Shown piece after piece: positions 25,061-32,000 of a stretch of DNA of 32,000 nt. Origin of the DNA: SAR202 cluster bacterium (lineage in GTDB: Bacteria > Chloroflexota > Dehalococcoidia > Lucifugimonadales > UBA2962); the NCBI GenBank assembly GCA_022447925.1, contig JAKUTS010000004.1, forward strand, positions 95,259-127,258, written 5' to 3'. The position numbers and the translations under genes are program-made. Under the pieces are notes generated by a model. The model saw only the letters and a list, made by a program, of their open reading frames with translations, ran no database searches and was not told the origin of the DNA. The number at the start of each line of letters is the position of its first letter. Within the stretch, counting starts at the first letter, position 1.

Positions 25061-26643
25061 TGGTCTCAGACCTGAATCTCCAAAGTATTGTTGAAAACAG
25101 AACCCTTCCAAAATTACTCGATCACAGAGCTGAATCAAATCCAGACCGAACCTTCCTAATATTTGAGGATACGGACAGAAAATATAGTACATGGTCTTAC
25201 AAAGATTTCAATGAAAAAGTAAATCAAGTAGCTAATGCATTATTGAAACTTAAAGTGAAAAAGGGTGATAAGGTAAATATACACCTCAATAATTGCCCAG
25301 AGTTTTTATTTGGATGGTTCGCCTTGTCCAAAATCGGCGCGGTTATGGTTCCAACTAACCCCGTATCTCCTCCAGACGAGCTGATGTATCCGATAAACCA
25401 CTCGGAGTCTATCCTGACCATCACACAACCAGATTTAGTTAAAGCTGTGAAAACTGTGCGATCAAAATCCGATTTTCTAAAAACAATATTAGTAACTGGA
25501 GATTTTAGCAGCGAAGATGAAAGCACCTTAAATTTTGAACAAATTACAAAAAATGAACCTATAATCTATAATTCGGATGATATAACGCCCACTGATGAAG
25601 CGGCGATTTTATTCACTTCCGGCACCACCTCTCTTCCAAAAGGAGTAATAGTTACTCATGCAAATTACATATTTCTGGGTGAACAGATATCTAAAAATGT
25701 AGGTTTAAACAGTGATGATAGATGGCACTTACATTTACAGATGTTCCATGGTAATGCCCAATATTACTCTACGATGACAGCTCTAACGGTAGGAGCAAGT
25801 ATTGCCCTGATGTCAAAATTTTCAGCTTCCCGATTTATTGAGCAATTGACCAGATATAAATGCACCGTTTCGAGCAGCCTTTCTACTCCTATGCGAATGA
25901 TTTTAGCTCAAAAGCCAAAAGTTTCTGATGCGTCACATAATCTCCGACTAATGATATTTGCTCAAAACTTGACTGTGAATCAGTATAAGGAATGGGAAAC
26001 TCGATTTAAGATACCGTTGCTCCAAATTTTCGGCATGACGGAAACAATGGGACAACCTCTGGTTAATCCACTAGATGGGTTAAGGAAAAATTCCAGCATT
26101 GGGTTTCCTGCATTAGGATACCAATGTAGAGTCGTTGATGAGTCTGGAAACGAAGTAGCTCAAGGGCAAATAGGTCAGTTAATTGTTAAAGGCATTCCTG
26201 GCATTACTATACTGAAAAGCTATTATAAAAATGACGAGGCTACTGAAAAAGCTTTGAAGAATGGATGGCTATACACTGGAGACATAGTCAAAGTTGATTC
26301 CGACGGGTATTACTATTTTGTTGACCGGGCAAATGATTTGATAAGACGATCCGGTGAAAACATCTCTGCTGGAGAAATTGAATCAGTAATAAAATTACAT
26401 GAGGCAATTGCCGATGCCGCTGTGGTTGGCATATCAGACAATATGTATGACGAAGCAATAATAGGCTTCGTAACACTTAAACCACATCAATCCGTAACAG
26501 AAGAAATTTTAAAAGAATACTGTTCTAAGAAAATGTCGAAATCAAAAATTCCAGAAAAAATTGAGATACTGAGTGATTTCCCGAGAACAAACACTGGGAA
26601 AACTCAAAAAAATAAACTGCGCGAAATGTTTAGTAAAAACTAG
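25060..26643 (+). CDS. AMP-forming acyl-CoA synthetase/ligase (ANL superfamily, CaiC/FadD-like)
   Basis: AMP-binding motif LFTSGTTSLPKGV, YKNDEATEKAL..GWLYTGD, and the C-terminal PRTNTGKTQK catalytic lysine motif. The ATG shares one nt with the upstream stop (TAATG). Confidence 0.9.
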   Translation: MVSDLNLQSIVENRTLPKLLDHRAESNPDRTFLIFEDTDRKYSTWSYKDFNEKVNQVANALLKLKVKKGDKVNIHLNNCPEFLFGWFALSKIGAVMVPTNPVSPPDELMYPINHSESILTITQPDLVKAVKTVRSKSDFLKTILVTGDFSSEDESTLNFEQITKNEPIIYNSDDITPTDEAAILFTSGTTSLPKGVIVTHANYIFLGEQISKNVGLNSDDRWHLHLQMFHGNAQYYSTMTALTVGASIALMSKFSASRFIEQLTRYKCTVSSSLSTPMRMILAQKPKVSDASHNLRLMIFAQNLTVNQYKEWETRFKIPLLQIFGMTETMGQPLVNPLDGLRKNSSIGFPALGYQCRVVDESGNEVAQGQIGQLIVKGIPGITILKSYYKNDEATEKALKNGWLYTGDIVKVDSDGYYYFVDRANDLIRRSGENISAGEIESVIKLHEAIADAAVVGISDNMYDEAIIGFVTLKPHQSVTEEILKEYCSKKMSKSKIPEKIEILSDFPRTNTGKTQKNKLREMFSKN

Positions 26644-26651
26644 GAGCAATT

Positions 26652-27020
26652 ATGAATGAAACAACAATAAAACCGGGGGACTCTCAGGATGTGATTTATC
26701 AAGTTACAAAAGATATGACTGTTAATCGAACCGGTAAAACCGGAGGCGACGTACTATCGACTCCATCCCTATTACACATTATGGAACTTGCATGCATTGA
26801 AATCACTGACTCCAGATTACCTGAAGGCTTTACCACCGTAGGATATGCGGTCGATAAGTTAAGGCATTTAGCTCCTACTAAAATAGATCAGACAGTTACA
26901 ATATCAGTAACAATAACGGAAGTGGATGGCAAAAAGTATGCATATTCGATTGAAGCTCATGAGGGAGATAAAATGATCGGAAAAGCTGAACATAAAAGAG
27001 CATCAATAAGTACAGAGTGA
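26652..27020 (+). CDS. Hotdog-fold thioesterase (FlK / small thioesterase-like)
   Basis: 122 aa. VLSTPSLLHIMELACIE resembles the N-terminal helix motif of small hotdog acyl-CoA thioesterases. AGGAG lies 5 nt upstream. Confidence 0.65.
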   Translation: MNETTIKPGDSQDVIYQVTKDMTVNRTGKTGGDVLSTPSLLHIMELACIEITDSRLPEGFTTVGYAVDKLRHLAPTKIDQTVTISVTITEVDGKKYAYSIEAHEGDKMIGKAEHKRASISTE

Positions 27021-27023
27021 TAC

Positions 27024-27959
27024 ATGGATTTTAAATTTGGAATGCACGTTGGAGTGCAATATGTTTCTTATCAGGACTTAAAACGCCTTTGGCAAATGGC
27101 TGACAAGCAAGGCTTTCAATTTGTGTCCACATGGGACCATTTCTATGCTGATCCAGCACCATATGAAGGAGGCCCATGTTTTGAAGCTATTTCGATGCTT
27201 GCTTCTCTAGCAAACGTCACAAAAAACGTCCGCATTGGGGCACTAGCACTTTGCGTTGGCTATCGAAATCCAGTAGTTATAGCCAATGCAGCTGCATCTA
27301 TCGATCATATTTCCAACGGCAGATTCGAACTCGGATTAGGGGCTGGTTGGCTAGAAACTGAATATAACGATTATTGCATAGAATTCCCCCCTATTGGCAC
27401 ACGACTCGATATGCTTGAAGAATCCGTGCAAATAATTGACTCAATGCTCACCAATAAAACAACATCTTTTTCAGGAAAACACTTTAGCGTTCAGAACGCT
27501 AAATGTGATCCTAAACCTATACAGGACCATTTACCGATATGGATCTGTGGCGGCGGAGAAAAACGCACCTTAAAACTTGCTGCAAAATACGCAGACGCAT
27601 GGAATGTACCATATATTTCGCCGGAAGATTACAAACATAAAATCAATGTTTTAAATGACTGGTGTAACAAAGAGCAAAGAGACCCTAATGATATCTATCG
27701 CACCATTAATGTTGGATTTTATATGGGTTCATCAGACCAAGATGCTCGAATCAAACAAAACGAATTTGAGGAGCTATACGGGGAAAGAGTCAAAACTCAA
27801 GGCCCAGGCATGTTGCTAGGCACTAAAGACCAAGCGATTGATCGTATCGGCGAATACATAGACGCTGGTGCTGAAGGTTTAAATATAGTAGTTAGAGCTC
27901 CATTCGATTGGAAGTCAATCCAAGTGTTTCAGGAAGATGTCATACCAGCATTCAAATAA
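27024..27959 (+). CDS. Luciferase-like monooxygenase (LLM) class, probably F420-dependent oxidoreductase
   Basis: TIM-barrel LLM pattern: FGMHV...WDHFY, SIDHISNGRFELGLGAGW and PIWICGGGEKRTLKLAAKYADAWN. It starts 3 nt after the thioesterase stop. Confidence 0.8.
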   Translation: MDFKFGMHVGVQYVSYQDLKRLWQMADKQGFQFVSTWDHFYADPAPYEGGPCFEAISMLASLANVTKNVRIGALALCVGYRNPVVIANAAASIDHISNGRFELGLGAGWLETEYNDYCIEFPPIGTRLDMLEESVQIIDSMLTNKTTSFSGKHFSVQNAKCDPKPIQDHLPIWICGGGEKRTLKLAAKYADAWNVPYISPEDYKHKINVLNDWCNKEQRDPNDIYRTINVGFYMGSSDQDARIKQNEFEELYGERVKTQGPGMLLGTKDQAIDRIGEYIDAGAEGLNIVVRAPFDWKSIQVFQEDVIPAFK

Positions 27960-27990
27960 TAAGAACTCCTTCTCTCATGTAGATATAAAA

Positions 27991-28818
27991 ATGCCAGTAA
28001 CTCAAGAACTGGTACAGCTGAGTGGAGGACAGGTTCGTTATTTCAAAATGGGCAAAGGTCATCCTTTGGTACTAATTCATGGGCTGGGTTCAGCCTCAGT
28101 AAACTGGTACAAAAATATCGCTGGTTTATCCAAATCAAATACGGTATATGCTGTCGACCTCCCTGGACATGGAAAAACCTATAAATCAATATCTAAAACC
28201 CCTTTAGATCAAGCTGTTGCATTCATGATCGAATTCATGGATGTTATAAGCATTAACAAAGCTAGCTTAGTCGGAAATTCTATGGGCGGATTATTGGCTT
28301 TAGCTATAGCCCACAAGCATCCAGACCGTGTCAGTAAATTAGTATTAGAAGGTAGTGCAGGGTTACGAAACGACATAGCTTGGTTTCTTAGATTTATGAC
28401 TTTACCAATCATCGGAGAAATCATTACAACACCCACTCGTTCAACTACCAAAAGTCTACTGAAGCAGATCTTATATAACACTAGTTTGATTAAACCAAAC
28501 CTAATAGAAATGATTTACCAGTTCAGAAAAGAGCCAGGTAACAGAGCCGCTATGCTCGCGATAATTCGAACAGGGGTCTCTTTAAAAGGACTGGATCCGG
28601 AATTAATATTCATAGATCAGCTTGAAGAGATAAAGGCTCCTATACTTTTATTATGGGGTCGTAACGACAAAATCGTTCCGGTTCATCATGCCGAACATGC
28701 TGCAAAGCATTTTGAAAATATTAAATCACATATATTCGAAAGGTGTGGCCATTGGCCCCACATGGAGTTTCCAGAAGAATTTAATAGCTTAGTAGAAGAT
28801 TTTTGTGCTGAAGTTTAA
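27991..28818 (+). CDS. Alpha/beta hydrolase (meta-cleavage-product C-C hydrolase-like)
   Basis: HPLVLIHG oxyanion region, nucleophile elbow GNSMGG, C-terminal CGHWPHME (catalytic His). ATG 27991 gives the usual 24 residues before HPLVLIHG. The track start 27937 would overlap the LLM gene by 23 nt. Confidence 0.85.
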   Translation: MPVTQELVQLSGGQVRYFKMGKGHPLVLIHGLGSASVNWYKNIAGLSKSNTVYAVDLPGHGKTYKSISKTPLDQAVAFMIEFMDVISINKASLVGNSMGGLLALAIAHKHPDRVSKLVLEGSAGLRNDIAWFLRFMTLPIIGEIITTPTRSTTKSLLKQILYNTSLIKPNLIEMIYQFRKEPGNRAAMLAIIRTGVSLKGLDPELIFIDQLEEIKAPILLLWGRNDKIVPVHHAEHAAKHFENIKSHIFERCGHWPHMEFPEEFNSLVEDFCAEV

Positions 28819-28832
28819 TAACTCAAAGTTTG

Positions 28833-29687
28833 TTAGGTTATTATTTCAGCCAGTCGAGTAATTTCATCTAATTCCGGAACACATGGATGTAAAATCAATT
28901 CATCCATTCCTATAGATTCGAAATCCGATATCAAGTTTTTTATTGAGTTCGCATCCTGAACCATCATGCTTTCGACACTCCAGTCCGTCTCATCTAATAC
29001 AAAATCATAGTAATGACGCATATATTCTTTTCCACGTTCTACGTCACCTAGGGCGTAATAAACGCCTCCAACAAGCTTGGGCTTGCCTTGTTTTCCGGAT
29101 GCCTCCCATGATGAAGTTACTAGTGAAAACTTGCGCTCAACTTCACCAGGCCCATCTGGTCCTGCCAAGTAGCCATCTGCAATCCTTCCAACCCTTAATA
29201 ATGCCTTATCCACAAAGGCACCCATAATGACTTTTGGAGCTTTTTCTACTGGCGGTCCGACTTCGCGATGACCTAGACTACTGGTGTCTCCAGACCAAAT
29301 TGCTCTCATAACATTAATCTGGCTTTCAAGTCTCCGGCCTCGACCTGAATACTCTACCCCTGCTGCATCAAAATCATCCTTGCGAATACCTATACCAAGT
29401 CCTAAATCGAACCTACCATTTGAAATTGACTGTAATGTGGCAGCTTGTTTCGCTAAAACCACATGATTCCTTAAGGGTGCCAATAATACTGTAGTCATCA
29501 ACGATATACGTTCGGTAACTGCTGCCGCTGCCGCTAGAGATACCATCGGTTCGTGATTTGGGTAGACAATTCTATCCACAATACCCAAAGTGGAAAACGG
29601 ACCATTCTCTGCACGAACAGCCCACTCTTTAATCAAACTGCCTGATATGCCCGGAATTGTGGCAGGCAACCCTATTCCTATATACAT
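28833..29687 (-). CDS. LLM class flavin/F420-dependent oxidoreductase
   Basis: LQSISNGRFDLGLGIG and the overall LLM layout. Convergent with the hydrolase gene, with a 14-bp gap. Confidence 0.8.
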   Translation of the reverse strand: MYIGIGLPATIPGISGSLIKEWAVRAENGPFSTLGIVDRIVYPNHEPMVSLAAAAAVTERISLMTTVLLAPLRNHVVLAKQAATLQSISNGRFDLGLGIGIRKDDFDAAGVEYSGRGRRLESQINVMRAIWSGDTSSLGHREVGPPVEKAPKVIMGAFVDKALLRVGRIADGYLAGPDGPGEVERKFSLVTSSWEASGKQGKPKLVGGVYYALGDVERGKEYMRHYYDFVLDETDWSVESMMVQDANSIKNLISDFESIGMDELILHPCVPELDEITRLAEIIT

Positions 29688-29913
29688 AGTTTTTTCCTTA
29701 GTTAATCTTAGTAATCTTTAAGCGCTAAATTGGTTAACAGTTAGTAGCTTGAGCTAGTTAAACGGCGTTAAGTTAAATTTAACACAAAAATCCTGAATTC
29801 GTAGTACAATTCATTATTAATGTTTTTCATAATCAAAAAGCCAAAAAGCCCAAGTTTAGGGAATTTGAAAGGGGCAAAATCTCATTTTTAAATTTATATC
29901 GACGATCATAATT

Positions 29914-30684
29914 TTGACTATTTCGTTAGCTATTGTAGGTTGTGGAGGTGGAACAGCTTCAGTAGAGGTCGAATGGGAAGGGGAAGAAGAAGTAGCAACG
30001 ACAGAGGTTGCTCCAACAGTAGCCCCTGATCCAACGGCCACTAATGTACCTGAGCCAACCCAAGACACTCAGGATACTTCAGAGCCTGCGGCTCCTGAGC
30101 CAACGTCTACAAGCATGCCTGAACCTACTGCCACAAGCATGCCTGAACCTACTGCTACCCCAGTACCAACAGCCACACCTGTACCTACAGCAACACCGAC
30201 ACCTGTACCTACTGCTACTCCATTAGGAGAGTTTACAGTTGTGAATTCATATGGATACTCACTAGGCATTGATGGAATTATTGATATTAACGGGATTTCA
30301 TGGCTTGGTGGAGGCCCAGATACAACCCAAGGTTTGGTTAATTTTAATGCTGCTGGAACCGCAGTAATCGTTATCTGGCAACCAGCCCAAGGCCAGCCTC
30401 TTTCGATACTGACAGGACTTGGATTAGGAGTACTACAAGCATCACAACCTTCAACCACCTTTACAGGAATTGCTGAAGGAACATTAAATCCGAAAGGTAG
30501 AGAAACAGCTTTTGGAGGATTCGCTGGTGCTGACGCAAGTGGTGCAGCAGTTGGGGGTGGACTGATCGGAGCTTGGACATGTGAAACAACTGATTTTATT
30601 CTTATCGTTACAGGTGCTGATTCGACTCTAGTTCAGATTCGTTTCGATCGGCTCTTAGATAACTTTGATTGTGTAGCAAGATAA
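29914..30684 (+). CDS. Pro/Thr-rich lipoprotein of unknown function (start codon uncertain)
   Basis: Lipobox AIVGC. A Pro/Thr/Ala low-complexity linker is followed by a globular domain of about 150 aa with two Cys near the C terminus. TTG 29914 is the only canonical start, but it leaves a 9-residue pre-Cys peptide with no charged n-region. The frame is open from 29869. Confidence 0.65.
   Translation: MTISLAIVGCGGGTASVEVEWEGEEEVATTEVAPTVAPDPTATNVPEPTQDTQDTSEPAAPEPTSTSMPEPTATSMPEPTATPVPTATPVPTATPTPVPTATPLGEFTVVNSYGYSLGIDGIIDINGISWLGGGPDTTQGLVNFNAAGTAVIVIWQPAQGQPLSILTGLGLGVLQASQPSTTFTGIAEGTLNPKGRETAFGGFAGADASGAAVGGGLIGAWTCETTDFILIVTGADSTLVQIRFDRLLDNFDCVAR
30109..30156 (+). repeat. Two tandem 24-bp coding repeats (TSMPEPTA) within the Pro/Thr linker
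   Basis: acaagcatgcctgaacctactgc(c/t) is repeated back to back. Degenerate PVPTATP units follow. Confidence 0.85.
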
Positions 30685-30716
30685 ATATGAATATCAAACT
30701 TAGGAGACTTCTAAAC

Positions 30717-32000
30717 ATGAACTTAACAATTAAAAGCAAATTATTAACTTCATCTTTATTAACTTTTTCTTTAATCTTTATGACCGGACTCGCTCCAGTT
30801 ATGTTGGCTCAAGAATACGATGAATATGCTGACTACGAATACGTTGAATACGTTGAAGAGCCTGTATACGAAGAGCCTGTATACGAAGAAGTCTACGTTG
30901 AAGAATATGTTGAAGAAGTCTACGTTGAAGAATATGTTGAAGAAGTCTACGTTGAAGAATATGTTGAAGAATATGTAGAGTATGACGACATGTCCGGTGA
31001 CTTTAGCGGCGACATGATGGATGACTTTGACGGAGACGTGGCCTACGATGGCTCCGGAGAAGATGACTTTATGGAATTCGATGGAGAAGGCGAATTTGTT
31101 CACAGCGTAGAAGAATCGGAATCAACCGGGTTCGGTGACTTCGATAACGAATTCGATGATGGATTTGATGACTTCGATTTCGATGATGGATTTGATGACT
31201 TCGATTTCGATGATGGATTTGATGACTTCGAATTCGAGGTATTCGATGCGGATGAATTCTTTGAATCCGAGTTCGATTTCAGCTTTGACAACATGGAATT
31301 TGGTGGAGTAGATGAATTTGGTGAAGAATACTTCGTTGACGAATACGGAGAAATCTACGACGCTGATACGCAAGCAGAAAGAGAAAACACTTATGCTCAA
31401 TTCAATGAATTCGGTGATGATACCGACTGGGACGCATATGACGCAGATGCAGCTGAAGAACTAATAGGCGGCATTTACTTCGATGACATAGATGATTTTG
31501 ATTCGGATATTCTCGAGGGACTGCTAATTGCATCCGATGATTATTCCGCATTTGATGACGACACTATGTTTGGTTTTGCTAACTCAATGGATTCTGATGC
31601 ATTCGGAGATTTAGGTGGTGACAAAGTTTATGACATGGCATCAGGCATGGACTGGGAAGACTTTGACAGCATGGAGAGCGAAAACGTATTTGCAATGGCT
31701 ACAACGATGGATGTAGATGCATACGAGACACTCGAAGATGATGCTCTCATGGGCATGGCTATGGGTATGGAATTCGATGACTTCCAAGCATTTGACGATG
31801 ACCAGCTCTATGGTTTCGTAGAAAACATGGACTGGGAAGACTTCGATGATATAGGAAATGACTCCGTACGTGGTATGGCTATGGGTATGGATGCTGAAGA
31901 CTACGGTCTTCTAGGCGACGACCACCTCATGGGCATGGCTATGGGTATGGAATATGATGACTTCTTTGAGTTCGAAGACGACCAGCTCTTTGGCTTCGTC
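30717..32000 (+). CDS. Secreted hyper-acidic repeat protein, 3'-truncated by the window edge (not in the ORF track)
   Basis: ATG 30717 has AGGAG 10 nt upstream, and the frame is open for 428 codons to the last base. Sec signal peptide MNLTIKSKLLTSSLLTFSLIFMTGLAPVMLA/QE. Hand translation gives a D/E/F/Y/M-rich sequence with 3 Lys/Arg in the mature part. The minus-strand track ORFs here are shadows. Confidence 0.8.
   Translation, partial: MNLTIKSKLLTSSLLTFSLIFMTGLAPVMLAQEYDEYADYEYVEYVEEPVYEEPVYEEVYVEEYVEEVYVEEYVEEVYVEEYVEEYVEYDDMSGDFSGDMMDDFDGDVAYDGSGEDDFMEFDGEGEFVHSVEESESTGFGDFDNEFDDGFDDFDFDDGFDDFDFDDGFDDFEFEVFDADEFFESEFDFSFDNMEFGGVDEFGEEYFVDEYGEIYDADTQAERENTYAQFNEFGDDTDWDAYDADAAEELIGGIYFDDIDDFDSDILEGLLIASDDYSAFDDDTMFGFANSMDSDAFGDLGGDKVYDMASGMDWEDFDSMESENVFAMATTMDVDAYETLEDDALMGMAMGMEFDDFQAFDDDQLYGFVENMDWEDFDDIGNDSVRGMAMGMDAEDYGLLGDDHLMGMAMGMEYDDFFEFEDDQLFGFV
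30885..30965 (+). repeat. Three perfect tandem 27-bp coding repeats (EEVYVEEYV)
   Basis: gaagaagtctacgttgaagaatatgtt occurs at 30885-30911, 30912-30938 and 30939-30965. Shorter duplications gaatacgtt x2 and gaagagcctgtatac x2 precede it. Confidence 0.9.
31155..31235 (+). repeat. Three tandem 27-bp coding repeats (DDGFDDFDF)
   Basis: gatgatggatttgatgacttcgatttc occurs at 31155-31181 and 31182-31208. The third unit, 31209-31235, has one substitution. Confidence 0.9.
31501..32000 (+). repeat. Degenerate 60-nt (20-residue) periodic coding repeat, at least 8 units, continuing past the window
   Basis: Successive 20-aa units: DSDILEGLLIASDDYSAFDD, DTMFGFANSMDSDAFGDLGG, DKVYDMASGMDWEDFDSMES, ENVFAMATTMDVDAYETLED, DALMGMAMGMEFDDFQAFDD, DQLYGFVENMDWEDFDDIGN, DSVRGMAMGMDAEDYGLLGD, DHLMGMAMGMEYDDFFEFED, DQLFGFV... 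Confidence 0.8.

Noticed and set aside
30771-31400. Minus-strand track ORFs 30771..31103, 31100..31294 and 31122..31400
   Set aside because: These are shadow ORFs of the + strand acidic-protein gene. They translate to low-complexity F/N/V or S/K/N strings, lack ribosome-binding sites and overlap each other. The + frame has a Shine-Dalgarno sequence, a signal peptide and a 428-codon open frame.

Overview
This is an AT-rich (by eye about 60% A+T), tightly packed bacterial chromosomal segment with about 38 protein genes and two tRNAs. I recognise no rRNA, CRISPR array, transposase, integrase, phage, toxin-antitoxin or known defence genes. Left to right: (1) The 3' part of a Zn-dependent alcohol dehydrogenase gene, then a P-loop/DRTGG protein convergent with an orphan MEMO1-family (AmmeMemoRadiSam protein B-like) gene. 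(2) A cytochrome c maturation module, ccmH-ccmF, followed by two translationally coupled membrane proteins of unknown function. (3) An 8.4-kb regulator-less catabolic-looking cluster at 7259-15659: GNAT, class V aminotransferase, Gfo/Idh/MocA oxidoreductase, HpcH/HpaI aldolase, a divergent MFS transporter, DapA-family lyase, class III aminotransferase and SDR. (4) Two divergent TlpA/ResA-type thioredoxin-fold genes. (5) tRNA-Gly(GCC) and tRNA-Phe(GAA), and an RRM-type RNA-binding protein gene with a clear terminator. (6) A znuA-znuC-znuB zinc uptake operon. Its binding protein carries His/Asp repeat cassettes, and the operon is divergent from a Fur-family (Zur-like) regulator, with a perfect 7-1-7 Fur/Zur-type box sitting on a near-consensus promoter. 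(7) A tightly coupled six-gene operon: 3-hydroxyacyl-CoA dehydrogenase, single-domain core-MetE homologue, acyl-CoA ligase, hotdog thioesterase, luciferase-like (LLM) oxidoreductase and alpha/beta hydrolase. A second LLM gene is convergent with it. (8) A Pro/Thr-rich lipoprotein, followed by an open-ended gene that is missing from the ORF track. It encodes a secreted, extremely acidic protein with three repeat regimes. The most unusual items are this acidic repeat protein, the core-MetE gene embedded in an acyl-CoA operon, the His/Asp cassette architecture of ZnuA, and the uncharacterised genes coupled to ccmHF and to zur. The gene content (multiple LLM/F420-type oxidoreductases, RRM protein, streamlined overlaps) fits a marine Chloroflexota (SAR202-like) genome, but that taxonomic guess is only inference. 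All product calls come from motif recognition by eye, not from database searches.
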